Positions 1-9,256 of a DNA stretch of 64,000 bases are shown here, piece by piece. Numbering within the stretch: the first letter of the stretch is position 1; every line of letters starts with the position of its first letter. The notes under the pieces are model-generated. The model did not search any database. It was given only the letters and a program-made list of their open reading frames with translations, and was not told the origin of the DNA. The stretch lies in the IMG/VR virus record IMGVR_UViG_3300050821_011652. The stretch is one strand, 5' to 3'. The DNA comes from an uncultured virus (IMG/VR IMGVR_UViG_3300050821_011652). Lineage: Duplodnaviria; Heunggongvirae; Uroviricota; Caudoviricetes. A program made the translations under genes and the position numbers.

Positions 1-849
1 AGCCAGTTCGGAACTTCCGATCAACTCTTCGTCGTGCCAGGTCATATGTCCCATTTCATGGACTGGAAGACCGGCTACCACTCGGTCACCGATGCAAAAG
101 ACAACGCGCAGCAACAAGGATATCTGCTAGGCGCCTGGGATGAAATCCCTGAGATGGATGAAACCATGGTCCATCTCTTCATGCCGCGGCGAGACGAAGT
201 GTCCACTCACATATACACCCGCGAGAAAGACTACCTTCGAATCAAAGAACGCGTGGCCCGGATCATCGATAAGCAGAAGAACCCAAAGACGTACAACCCA
301 GTATGGAAAGCCTGCAGATATTGTGGAAACATTGGGAACTGCGAAGCGTACGCCGGCCTATCTCTACAGCTCGCCCGCCGGGTGGAACCAGACGTCTTCC
401 TACCAGCAGAAATAGATCCCGAAAAACTGACCACCCCAGAACAGATCAACCTGGGGTTCCGGATCCGGAAGGTATTAGAGCGCTGGAACGAGAAGATGTA
501 CAACCGCGCGCTGGAGTTCTTGCAGCAAGGTCACTCTCTCGAGGACTTCAAGTTAATCCCGATGTCGGGAGACCGAACGATAAGCGACTCGCAGCTAGCC
601 TGGCAGCACGCTGAAGAAAAGGGCATCTCGCTCGAGAACTTCCTAACCATCTGCAAAGTGTCGGCCCCAAAACTCATTGAATTCGTCAGCAAAGCCGCGC
701 CCCGCGGACAGAAGGGTAAAGCGGCAGATAAATTTCAACTCGAACTTTTCGAAGCCGGAGCCTTGGAATTCGGAGGTACCGAATACCAGATCCGCGCCAA
801 GACCAACAAGGATGAACCCAAACAGCTCACGGATGTGAGAGACATATAA
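1..849 (+). CDS. PD-(D/E)xK Cas4-like (DUF2800-like) phage nuclease, 5' truncated by window edge
   Basis: Frame is open from base 1; GTSD...DWKTG nuclease motifs and C-terminal CRYCxxxxxC cluster. Confidence 0.75.
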   Translation, partial: SQFGTSDQLFVVPGHMSHFMDWKTGYHSVTDAKDNAQQQGYLLGAWDEIPEMDETMVHLFMPRRDEVSTHIYTREKDYLRIKERVARIIDKQKNPKTYNPVWKACRYCGNIGNCEAYAGLSLQLARRVEPDVFLPAEIDPEKLTTPEQINLGFRIRKVLERWNEKMYNRALEFLQQGHSLEDFKLIPMSGDRTISDSQLAWQHAEEKGISLENFLTICKVSAPKLIEFVSKAAPRGQKGKAADKFQLELFEAGALEFGGTEYQIRAKTNKDEPKQLTDVRDI

Positions 850-864
850 CAAAAACCCATAGAA

Positions 865-1578
865 ATGAACAAGTTAATAACTATCCTGACATCAATCACC
901 ATCGCCGCCTCGGCGTTCGGGCAACAATCGCCTATGCATTTTGTTCAAGGCACTTTAGTGCCTGAGCAGACGCCAATTATTCCGGCATCACCATCACCAA
1001 CTCCGAAACTACTGCCTGCCTACGATGGTCAAAAGATCATCAGTCTCGCCGAAAACGAACTTGGAGTCTACAAGATCCCCGGCAACGACGACCCCCGCGT
1101 CCGCCAGTACGCAACCGACACGCTTCAGAATGACGACAACTACACGAACGACGGATGGTGCAGTGCTTTCGTGTCCTTCATTCTCAAAGAGGGCGGTTAT
1201 CAATACAGCCCAAACAACACCGACTACGGTTGGGGGTTTGTCATTCACCGGGTAGACGCGCCAAAGCCCGGCGATATCGCAATGTTGGACAGCCACATCG
1301 CGTTCTTCATCGGCCAAAAAGTAAATGCTGAAGGCCAAATAGTCGTCGGTCTACTAGGCGGAAACCAAGACTACCAGGTCTGCATTATGTGGGTTCCAGC
1401 GATGGACATCGAATACTACGCAGAAGCCGAGCCGGCCGGCAGCGACTGGAAACCGACGAAGCACATTCCGAACGGTATGGGCGCTTCGAGCGGGCTCAAT
1501 ATCCTGGACGACCACATCAAGTTCAGCGGGCACAGTTTGCCCAACTGCACCGTCACTCGCGGGGGTCATCCTCTGTGA
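865..1578 (+). CDS. Secreted CHAP/NlpC-P60-like peptidase (TIGR02594-like)
   Basis: Signal peptide, Pro-rich linker, WCSAFV...SHIAF...LGGNQ motifs. Confidence 0.7.
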   Translation: MNKLITILTSITIAASAFGQQSPMHFVQGTLVPEQTPIIPASPSPTPKLLPAYDGQKIISLAENELGVYKIPGNDDPRVRQYATDTLQNDDNYTNDGWCSAFVSFILKEGGYQYSPNNTDYGWGFVIHRVDAPKPGDIAMLDSHIAFFIGQKVNAEGQIVVGLLGGNQDYQVCIMWVPAMDIEYYAEAEPAGSDWKPTKHIPNGMGASSGLNILDDHIKFSGHSLPNCTVTRGGHPL

Positions 1579-1760
1579 GATCATTCCAAGCTGTCCTTTT
1601 AATATTGCTATTTTGCTGTGCCGCCGTCCTGGTCATGGCAAACGACCCAAACAAAAAGACCGGACACCGCCTGGGCCCGGTGGGAAAATCCTTCATCGAG
1701 AAGGTCAAACCCAAAGCCTCGGCCACACCAACTCCATATCATCCATACTATCCCTACTAA
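1575..1760 (+). CDS. Small secreted or membrane protein
   Basis: GTG overlaps upstream stop; hydrophobic N-terminus; stop abuts next ATG. Confidence 0.5.
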   Translation: MRSFQAVLLILLFCCAAVLVMANDPNKKTGHRLGPVGKSFIEKVKPKASATPTPYHPYYPY

Positions 1761-1761
1761 C

Positions 1762-2508
1762 ATGGCAACCACATCAATCGCAGACTTAGATCTCGAAAAA
1801 GAAGAAGCATCAGAATCCATTACCCCGGCATCATCCAGAGCCGTCGGCACCTACGCCGGCGAAGCGACGCCAGACGTCCAGGGTGAGATTACGGCCGCAG
1901 ACTTACGCTTACCGCGGCTCAACATCGGTCAAAAGGTCGGCGACCTGGGAGACCAGTTCAGCTACGGCGGCGTGATACTCGCCAAAGAAGCCGAGCTCGT
2001 CGCCGTGGGGGTGCCCCTCCACGATATCACCGTGCTCAAGATCCGAAAGCAATACCAAGAGAAACTCAAATTCGACGGAGACCGCACCGAAGCTCCAAGA
2101 ACCTTCGAAACGGCGAAAGAGGTTATCGAGGCAGGACTGTCGATCAACTTCGGCGACGAGGGCTACTGTGAGCGCATTGCTCATATGCTCCTGCTCGTTC
2201 CGGAGGTCGAAGGCCTTGACGAAGACGTCATGGACTCATTCTTCTACCATTCCTTCAACGGGAAGCGGTACTGCCAAACGCTGTTCACGGCGGCCGGCAC
2301 CCAATTCACCGAGTCGGGTAAATCAATTCTCACGGCCGCATCCAAGCCGGATTGTACTCCTCCCAACGGTTCAATTCGCGTCGCCAAATGGAATGCATGG
2401 ACCATCGAGAAAAAGGGCCGCGGAAACAAGTGGTGGGTACTGAAGGTCGACCGGGTCGGCAACAACAGCCCTGAATTCATCGAGTTCACCAAAACGATCG
2501 CTCCCTAA
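1762..2508 (+). CDS. Putative phage single-stranded DNA-binding protein
   Basis: ATG at 1762; DLRLPRLNIGQ N-terminal motif and aromatic C-terminal strands (GNKWWV); next to nuclease and polymerase genes. Confidence 0.5.
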   Translation: MATTSIADLDLEKEEASESITPASSRAVGTYAGEATPDVQGEITAADLRLPRLNIGQKVGDLGDQFSYGGVILAKEAELVAVGVPLHDITVLKIRKQYQEKLKFDGDRTEAPRTFETAKEVIEAGLSINFGDEGYCERIAHMLLLVPEVEGLDEDVMDSFFYHSFNGKRYCQTLFTAAGTQFTESGKSILTAASKPDCTPPNGSIRVAKWNAWTIEKKGRGNKWWVLKVDRVGNNSPEFIEFTKTIAP

Positions 2509-2612
2509 GTATTGAATGAAGTCATTCAGTACCCAAGCAATGATGCGCGCCTGTGAGGTAATTGCAGACGCGCGAACCCGGGCGCTAATGGCCCGGGCTG
2601 CAGTTAAACGAT

Positions 2613-2780
2613 ATGAATTCGATTTATCCTTACATAGAGATTGGGGAGCTCAACGAAGAGATCAAAGCACTCCAGAAGGAGAAGCAACAGCTGGAGCAGA
2701 GAATCTATCAGCTGGAGACCGAGAACGATCTTCTACGAACTGAGCGCGACCAACTGTTAGTTGAAAGAGAAAACCAATGA
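2613..2780 (+). CDS. Small coiled-coil protein (55 aa)
   Basis: MNSIYPYIEIGELNEEIKALQKEKQQLEQRIYQLE heptads; ATGA overlap with next gene. Confidence 0.55.
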   Translation: MNSIYPYIEIGELNEEIKALQKEKQQLEQRIYQLETENDLLRTERDQLLVERENQ

Positions 2781-3226
2781 CGCCCGCCGAAAGAGACGTA
2801 GCGCTAGCCGAACTCAACAAAGAGCTAGCTAAAGTCCACCACGCCAAATCGACTGACTACGCCGGGAAAGAAGATGTCCTGGCCAATTTCAAACGGATCG
2901 CAGAGAAGACCGGCCTCACAAAATACCAAGTGTGGAGTGTCTACTTCAACAAACACATCGAAGCCATCTGCAACTCGATCAAACATAATTCGGACGAACC
3001 GCAGGTCGAATCCGAACCTCTCGAGGAGCGGGTCGTAGACGCAATCGTCTACCTCAAACTCTTCCATTTCATGAGGGTTGAGGACAAAGCCAAACGGCAG
3101 AAAAAGAAACTCAAAGCCGATCTGGCCCCACAAGTCATGCCCAATCCCGAAGTCCTGCAGCGTTACGCCCACCAATCAGCCCAAGGATCGGGTGTCGCCA
3201 ATATGGAAGGGGTCATAATCCAATGA
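2777..3226 (+). CDS. Nmad1/DUF1599-like nucleotide-modification-associated protein
   Basis: KSTDYA...DVLANF...K(H)...ERVVDAIVYL pattern. Confidence 0.6.
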   Translation: MTPAERDVALAELNKELAKVHHAKSTDYAGKEDVLANFKRIAEKTGLTKYQVWSVYFNKHIEAICNSIKHNSDEPQVESEPLEERVVDAIVYLKLFHFMRVEDKAKRQKKKLKADLAPQVMPNPEVLQRYAHQSAQGSGVANMEGVIIQ

Positions 3227-3627
3227 TCACCCAAGACCAGTGCAAAGGAGCCCTAACCAGGCTCCTGTCCCCGCGTAAAGAGATCTTCTTCTTTACCAAC
3301 CAACAACAGGTAGGCCAGAACGATTTCTTTCACGCGATTTACTTCTTTACCATCTCGGACGACCGGCTGTTCAACATCAGCCCTCTTCTTACCACACTCG
3401 CCGGAATCAAAGCCACGGAAACCAACCGTATCACTCACCGGGCGCCTGGAGACTGGCCGATACAGCTCGTCAACGTGCTGAAACAGAAACTGGAAGATCC
3501 GGACGTCAAGTTCCTCACTCTAGACGATGCGCTGCCGAGCACAACGATGCGGCTCTTAATCGATTCGTCGCCGATCCGACTCGTACCAAACCTCAACGAA
3601 GACATAGATCCAAATGACCCCTTCTGA
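3223..3627 (+). CDS. Hypothetical protein
   Basis: ORF translationally coupled on both sides. Confidence 0.6.
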   Translation: MITQDQCKGALTRLLSPRKEIFFFTNQQQVGQNDFFHAIYFFTISDDRLFNISPLLTTLAGIKATETNRITHRAPGDWPIQLVNVLKQKLEDPDVKFLTLDDALPSTTMRLLIDSSPIRLVPNLNEDIDPNDPF

Positions 3628-3991
3628 TCTTGTCCGTCAGTTTCATACCCAATGCGATCTCCCGGTGGCCTCAGCACCGGGATTACCTTCTGAGGATCGA
3701 CGAGAACTCCGCCGGCGCCTGCTTCAGGAAGAGCTCAACGAGTATTTAGAAGCAGAAGAAGAAAACGATATCGTCGCCATCGCCGACGCGTTGGGGGATC
3801 TCGTCTACGTCGCGTTAGGGTGCTGCCTCGAATACGGCATCCCATTCGACCGGGTATTCGCCGAAATCCATAGGAGCAATATGACCAAACTAGGCCCCGA
3901 TGGGAAACCCATTTGCCGGGCCGACGGAAAGATCATGAAACCAAAACACTTTGAACCACCACAACTAGAAAAAATTCTGACCAATGAATGA
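3614..3991 (+). CDS. MazG-like (PRA-PH-like) NTP pyrophosphohydrolase
   Basis: VRQFH...LLQEELNEY...DALGDLVYV...HRSNMTK...DGKIMKP. Confidence 0.85.
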   Translation: MTPSDLVRQFHTQCDLPVASAPGLPSEDRRELRRRLLQEELNEYLEAEEENDIVAIADALGDLVYVALGCCLEYGIPFDRVFAEIHRSNMTKLGPDGKPICRADGKIMKPKHFEPPQLEKILTNE

Positions 3992-4256
3992 GAACCAACA
4001 GCAGCTGACCCCTGAACAAATGCAACAGCTCAGGGACGAGGCGCTAAAAACGCTGCAGGATCAAATGAAATCTTTCCGAGCAACCGCGCAGGAATTAAAA
4101 GAGCACACCCAAACCGTCGCGATCGGCATCACACTCCTCACCCTTATGGGTCACATCAACCTCATCGGACAAAGGCTCGCGAGGATTGAACAATTCATGG
4201 CCGTTCAGACTGCTCCGGCTCCCCAAGGTAGCGGGCTAATCGTGCCCGGAAGATAA
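3984..4256 (+). CDS. Hypothetical protein
   Basis: Coupled ORF. Confidence 0.6.
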   Translation: MNENQQQLTPEQMQQLRDEALKTLQDQMKSFRATAQELKEHTQTVAIGITLLTLMGHINLIGQRLARIEQFMAVQTAPAPQGSGLIVPGR

Positions 4257-4483
4257 TGGCAGTACAATTTATACCGCGGCCGCTGTCGGACATAGATCCA
4301 AGCCGGCGGAACGACATCTACCGGATCATGGTGTGCTGCTTCCACCATCACTGGCTGGTCGACCCGGAAGAAGCGGAGGCGGCATGGATCGCCGCAAATG
4401 GGGAGAGTGAAGAGTGGATCAAACTAGGTCGACTAAGCGACGACAAAATATGGAACCTAATTTTTCCTTACATTTCTACTTAG
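4256..4483 (+). CDS. Hypothetical protein
   Basis: TAATG overlap with upstream gene. Confidence 0.55.
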   Translation: MAVQFIPRPLSDIDPSRRNDIYRIMVCCFHHHWLVDPEEAEAAWIAANGESEEWIKLGRLSDDKIWNLIFPYIST

Positions 4484-5478
4484 ATTTTGAATCGTATTAC
4501 AAAAAGGGCAGCATCGATATCCGAACGATGGGTGCCTACAACTATCTCCGCCATCCCGCCCAGGACATCTATCTGGTATCAGCTGTCGCGATGGGAATCG
4601 AATGGGTGGGTCACCCAAAAGACTTCGACTGGAATTTAACAAATGGAAAATTGCTTATTGCTCACAACGCAGCCTTCGACAAACTCGTGTACGAACGACT
4701 TCAACAACTGGGTATCATACCTGCAGGAGTACATCCTAAAGGTTGGCAGTGTTCCGCCAACCTTGCTGCATTCCTCCAGGTCCCGCGAGACCTCGCATCA
4801 GCTTCGAAATTTCTACTTGGCAAGACGGTTGATAAGTCGGTTCGGTCCAACATGAACGGCAAGTATGTGAAGGATTTGAGCACCGAGGAATACCAGGCAC
4901 TCCTAGACTACGGTTTACAGGACTCGGTTAACGGTTGGGAGCTCTGGACCAAGTATTCGCCACAGTGGCCGGAAGCCGAGCAGCGTTTCAGCCAGCATAC
5001 GATCAAAATGTGTCACCGGGGCATTCAAGTCGACCTGCCCATGCTGGATGCCTCAATCACCAACCTTGAGGGTCAAGCTCTCGCGCAGCTCGAACAACTG
5101 CCCTGGGTCAGAGAAGGGACCGCCAAACCCTTATCTAAACCTGCTCTCGATGCTGCCTGCCGAGCAGAAGAAGTCGAACCTCCAAAGTCATGGGCAATGG
5201 GTAACGAAGAAGCTAACGCCTGGTTTGAGAAATATGCTGATCAATTTCCCTTTGCCATGGCCGTCCGCCAATTCCGGAGAATGAACTCGCTCAAGAAAAA
5301 ATTAGCGGGGATCAAACTGCGAACCCGTTCGGACGGGAGATTCCTTTACGAACAAAAATACTGTGGTGCCTCCACCGGCCGCGACTCGGGAGCGGGCGGG
5401 ATAAATATGCAAAATCTACACAAAGACGAAATCTTCGACATCGATGTCCGAGGTCATTTCATCCCATGCAGTTTATAA
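4450..5478 (+). CDS. Family A DNA polymerase, N-terminal part (3'-5' exonuclease and thumb)
   Basis: ExoI YLDFESY, ExoII AHNAAFD, ExoIII YGLQD, TGRDSG...NMQN. Confidence 0.85.
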   Translation: MEPNFSLHFYLDFESYYKKGSIDIRTMGAYNYLRHPAQDIYLVSAVAMGIEWVGHPKDFDWNLTNGKLLIAHNAAFDKLVYERLQQLGIIPAGVHPKGWQCSANLAAFLQVPRDLASASKFLLGKTVDKSVRSNMNGKYVKDLSTEEYQALLDYGLQDSVNGWELWTKYSPQWPEAEQRFSQHTIKMCHRGIQVDLPMLDASITNLEGQALAQLEQLPWVREGTAKPLSKPALDAACRAEEVEPPKSWAMGNEEANAWFEKYADQFPFAMAVRQFRRMNSLKKKLAGIKLRTRSDGRFLYEQKYCGASTGRDSGAGGINMQNLHKDEIFDIDVRGHFIPCSL

Positions 5479-6335
5479 TTTGCGATCTAAGTCAGATCGA
5501 GGCCCGGGTCTTACTAACCCTGGTAAAGGACACCGGTCAATTAGAACAGATCCGATCGGGCGTTTCGGTCTACGAAGCCCATGCCCGGGCGTCCATGGGG
5601 TGGATGGGCGGAGTTCTAAAGAAAGAAGATCCCAAGCGCTACCTATTGGCCAAGGCCCGCGTACTGGCCCTCGGTTACGGATGCGGATGGAATAAGTTTA
5701 TCACCATGGCCTACCAGCCAGCCTACCTGGACAAAGACGCGAAAGAAGTATTCTCAATGCCTGTCACCGATTTCGAGGTCCTTCAGTTCCAGGATTTCCT
5801 ATACAAATATGGTGACAAAATCCAGGCAAAAAAATGGAACCGTAGATCACAAGACCTAGAACGAGAATGGGTTAACAGCTGGAAAATTGTGACAGATTTT
5901 CGGCAATCCAACCGAAAAATCACTAAGCTTTGGGCCTTCTTCGACAAAGCAATCAAAGCCTGCCACGGAAGCGACTATTCGATCCTCCTCCCCTCGGGGA
6001 GAGAGCTCATCTACCGAAACGTCAGAGTTGAGGACGATATCTGTTCCGCGGTCACCGTTGATAAGGACAAATGGAAAGGATCCAAACTCTACGGCGGTTT
6101 GTTAGTCGAGAACGTGGTGCAAGCGATTGCGAGAGATATCTTCCGCGACGCATGCCTAAGGATCGAGGACGCCGGCTACGCCGTGGTTTGCAGAATTCAC
6201 GATGAGGCACTCTGCGAAGTTCCAAAAGGAACTGACCCGGAAATCATAAGAGCTCTCATGTCCGCGCCGGTCAGTTGGTTTCTCGATTGCCCCGTAGATG
6301 CCGAGGCTAAGACCGCTGACAAATATAAGAAATGA
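5466..6335 (+). CDS. Family A DNA polymerase, C-terminal part (palm and fingers)
   Basis: Motif A DLSQIEAR, motif B KARVLALGYG, motif C RIHDEAL; -1 frame relative to the N-terminal ORF. Confidence 0.85.
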   Translation: MQFIICDLSQIEARVLLTLVKDTGQLEQIRSGVSVYEAHARASMGWMGGVLKKEDPKRYLLAKARVLALGYGCGWNKFITMAYQPAYLDKDAKEVFSMPVTDFEVLQFQDFLYKYGDKIQAKKWNRRSQDLEREWVNSWKIVTDFRQSNRKITKLWAFFDKAIKACHGSDYSILLPSGRELIYRNVRVEDDICSAVTVDKDKWKGSKLYGGLLVENVVQAIARDIFRDACLRIEDAGYAVVCRIHDEALCEVPKGTDPEIIRALMSAPVSWFLDCPVDAEAKTADKYKK

Positions 6336-6775
6336 AAAATTATTTCAAAACACACGGCATGACGGCTACCAGGCCCTATCGCATATGGGATAACATACGT
6401 GGAAGATGTTGTCGAACTAGCAACACCTACTGGAAAAACTATGGCGGCCGAGGGATCACCATCTGCGATACGTGGAAAGAAAGCTTTATTAGCTTCTGGA
6501 ACGATATGAAGGACGGGTACACAGACGACCTCATGATAGAAAGGAGAGACAACACAAAAGGATACTATAAAGAGAACTGCTACTGGGCTACGCGACACGA
6601 ACAAGACCGAAACAAACGTTCTAACATCTGGGTAGATACCCCGTGGGGAAACATAATCCAATCGGACGCGGCTAAACTGATAGGGATCGATTTAGATACC
6701 TTCCGGTATCGAATGAAAAACTGGCCTAGGTCCCAGTGGTTCGAACCCAATGCCGGCACGCGACCGAGAAAATGA
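6332..6775 (+). CDS. HNH-type homing endonuclease
   Basis: HGM...RC...YGGRGITIC...IERRDN.KGY..ENC.WAT...RN.R plus C-terminal HTH. Confidence 0.75.
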   Translation: MKNYFKTHGMTATRPYRIWDNIRGRCCRTSNTYWKNYGGRGITICDTWKESFISFWNDMKDGYTDDLMIERRDNTKGYYKENCYWATRHEQDRNKRSNIWVDTPWGNIIQSDAAKLIGIDLDTFRYRMKNWPRSQWFEPNAGTRPRK

Positions 6776-8154
6776 CGTTACTCCTCCCTTACCAAGTCCC
6801 CCACGTCGAAAACCTTGTCGCCTCAGTCAAACGCTGGGGCGCGGCGCTCGACGCCTCCGACGCAGGGACCGGAAAGACGTACGCGGCGCTAGCGACCGCT
6901 AAAGCGCTGAACCATCACGCCTTTATCCTCTGCCCCAAGGTGGTCATCCCAATGTGGGAGCGGGTGGCGACCGAGATGGGAGTGAAGCATGCGGTGCTTA
7001 ACTACGAGATGGCGAGACTCCACGGGATCAAGAAGTACAAGAACACGATCTATCTATTAGACGAAGTTCACGTTTGCTCCGGCCTGGATACCCTCAACGC
7101 AAAGCTGCTGGTCAACATCAAGAACACCGGCTGCCCACTGCTCATGCTCTCAGCCACCGTCGCTGAGACCCCATTGAAACTCTGGGCCATTGGATACGCT
7201 CTCGGACTACACAACGGGATCGGTGCAAGCAAAGGAATGGCCCAGAACCCGTTCGTAAAAACCGGCATGAACTTCTACCAGTGGTGCTTCCACATGGGTG
7301 TGCGCCGGCTGCAGAACATAGGGACCTGGTACTACTCCGGTAAACCAGAAGACACCAAGCGCCTGCACGGGGTCATCTTCCCAACCCGCGGCAGCCGAAT
7401 GCGCAAGCAAGACATCCCGGAGTTCCCAGAGGTTCAGAACACTGTGGAGGAAGTAAAAGCCGAACCCATTCCGCCGCAGCTTGAGTTTATCGGCGAGCGG
7501 ATCAAACAGCGCCGCCTGGATCTTCTCCAAGCACTCTCCCTTGAGCCCGACGAAGAAGCCCCGCTCACGGGCCCAGAATCGGATCCCTCACTAGCGGATG
7601 CCATTTATGAAAGAATGGAAACTGAATTACTCAAGGTGGCGCCGCTGGCCGCGCTCGCGCGACTGGGGATAGAGGAGGGGAACAACGTCGTCGTGTTCGT
7701 CAACTTCCGCACCACCCTTGAAGCCCTCAGCATCCTATTCCCCAACGCCGCGGTCATTCAGGGGGGCCAGAACCCAACCGAACGACAGGACGCGATCGAC
7801 CGGTTTCAGAATGAAGACGTCCACTTACTCATAGCCACGTTAGAATCCGGCGGCGCCTCGATCTCGCTCCATGATCTGATCGGCAACCGCCCCCGCATGT
7901 CCCTGATCTCTCCTGGGTGGAGAGCAGTCAGTCTCATTCAAGCGCTTGGGCGGGTGCATCGGGCCGGGGCCAAAACGAAGGCCTGGAACCGAATTGTGCT
8001 CGTGGAGAATTCGATCGAGAAGAAGGTCGCCAATAAGTTGCGGAAAAAGATTAGCCAGATCGAAGGGATCAACAATGGGGACCTGGATCCGGAGTCGGAC
8101 CTAGCCTTTCTCCACAAAACATATCACAGTACCGAACGCACTAATTCCATATGA
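6772..8154 (+). CDS. SF2 (SNF2-like) helicase
   Basis: Walker A GTGKT, DEVH, SAT, QALGRVHR. Confidence 0.9.
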   Translation: MTLLLPYQVPHVENLVASVKRWGAALDASDAGTGKTYAALATAKALNHHAFILCPKVVIPMWERVATEMGVKHAVLNYEMARLHGIKKYKNTIYLLDEVHVCSGLDTLNAKLLVNIKNTGCPLLMLSATVAETPLKLWAIGYALGLHNGIGASKGMAQNPFVKTGMNFYQWCFHMGVRRLQNIGTWYYSGKPEDTKRLHGVIFPTRGSRMRKQDIPEFPEVQNTVEEVKAEPIPPQLEFIGERIKQRRLDLLQALSLEPDEEAPLTGPESDPSLADAIYERMETELLKVAPLAALARLGIEEGNNVVVFVNFRTTLEALSILFPNAAVIQGGQNPTERQDAIDRFQNEDVHLLIATLESGGASISLHDLIGNRPRMSLISPGWRAVSLIQALGRVHRAGAKTKAWNRIVLVENSIEKKVANKLRKKISQIEGINNGDLDPESDLAFLHKTYHSTERTNSI

Positions 8155-8336
8155 AAGACATCGACCACGAATATACCGATAACATCGTGTGCCCCTACTG
8201 TGGGTACGAAGACCACGACTCCTGGGAATCCGAACGGGACTGGTACCCCGATATGGAATGTATGCACTGCGAGAGGCAATTCAAAATGAGCCGGATCACA
8301 ACGGTCAAATACGTCACCGAAAAGATCGAGAAATGA
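8151..8336 (+). CDS. Zinc-ribbon protein
   Basis: CPYC...CMHC. Confidence 0.65.
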   Translation: MKDIDHEYTDNIVCPYCGYEDHDSWESERDWYPDMECMHCERQFKMSRITTVKYVTEKIEK

Positions 8337-8731
8337 AGCCGGCCGACGTCCAAAAATTCCTGCGCCGCAACCGGCACAAGCTCGTGCGCCTCTTCCACCT
8401 GGAGCACACCGACTTCGATCTGCGCTGCGCCGAGATCCCGGGCAACGAGGCAATCGACGGGGCCATGGCCGACGACTGCCGCTATCAATACGTCACCATC
8501 ATAATTGACGCCGCCAAGATCAAAAACGAAAAGCATCTCTGGCAAGTCGTTAAACACGAGTTCCTCCACACCTTACTCCGGCCCACAGAGCAACTCGAAA
8601 CGCTCCTTTGTAACAGCCTCGAAGACCACCGGTCCTTAATCGAAGCGGCGTTCGAGATCGCCAAGGAGCAAACCGTTTTCAACCTCGAACGCTTCGAACC
8701 TGTGAAACGCTTACAGCCGCCCGCCAAATGA
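8333..8731 (+). CDS. Zincin-like HExxH protein
   Basis: ATG 8333 coupled to upstream stop; VKHEFLH motif. Confidence 0.55.
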   Translation: MKPADVQKFLRRNRHKLVRLFHLEHTDFDLRCAEIPGNEAIDGAMADDCRYQYVTIIIDAAKIKNEKHLWQVVKHEFLHTLLRPTEQLETLLCNSLEDHRSLIEAAFEIAKEQTVFNLERFEPVKRLQPPAK

Positions 8732-8937
8732 ACAATCACGACGACATCACAAAATTGTGCTCCCAAGAATCTGACCGCCTCTCCTCAGAAGTATTCAAAA
8801 TCATAACACGACCCAACCCCTGGCTGACTCTTCTACCGACCACGCCTGGGAAGCCTCGGCCGAGAATCGCACTTGCCCGCAGGTGGCATGAATTCCGACG
8901 CTGGCTCTCGAACAAAATTTATAGGTGGGACGATTAA
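8728..8937 (+). CDS. Small protein resembling the major capsid N-terminus
   Basis: Gapless similarity to capsid N-terminus (see findings); coupled on both sides. Confidence 0.55.
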   Translation: MNNHDDITKLCSQESDRLSSEVFKIITRPNPWLTLLPTTPGKPRPRIALARRWHEFRRWLSNKIYRWDD

Positions 8938-9037
8938 TGAACATACACATCGACCTTAGCTTGGTCAGCCTCATTGAAACCTTTTTTGACGTTCTGCTCG
9001 GCTTCGTCGCTGGCTACGTGATTGCGCGGTTAGACAT

Positions 9038-9256
9038 ATGAACGACGCTCTTCAAATCATCAGTGTAGCCCTGGCCGTTCTGGGCAACGTCACACTTGTT
9101 AAAAAACTCCGGGCCACCTTCATCCTGTGGGCCGTAGCCAACGTAACCCAGGGCATCGTAGAGCTATCAGCCCACCTCTATTGGCTCTTCGCCCTACAAG
9201 TCTTCTTCCTGGTCATGAATGCGATCTGTTGGGTGAAGTGGGGGAAGGGGAAATGA
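9038..9256 (+). CDS. PnuC-like small membrane protein
   Basis: Three hydrophobic segments, W.VAN motif, C-terminal W..W. Confidence 0.5.
   Translation: MNDALQIISVALAVLGNVTLVKKLRATFILWAVANVTQGIVELSAHLYWLFALQVFFLVMNAICWVKWGKGK

Noticed and set aside
2516..2743. 75-aa ORF from the track
   Set aside because: The overlapping 2613-2780 coiled-coil ORF is coupled to the next gene and looks more protein-like; only a short 5' part may be real
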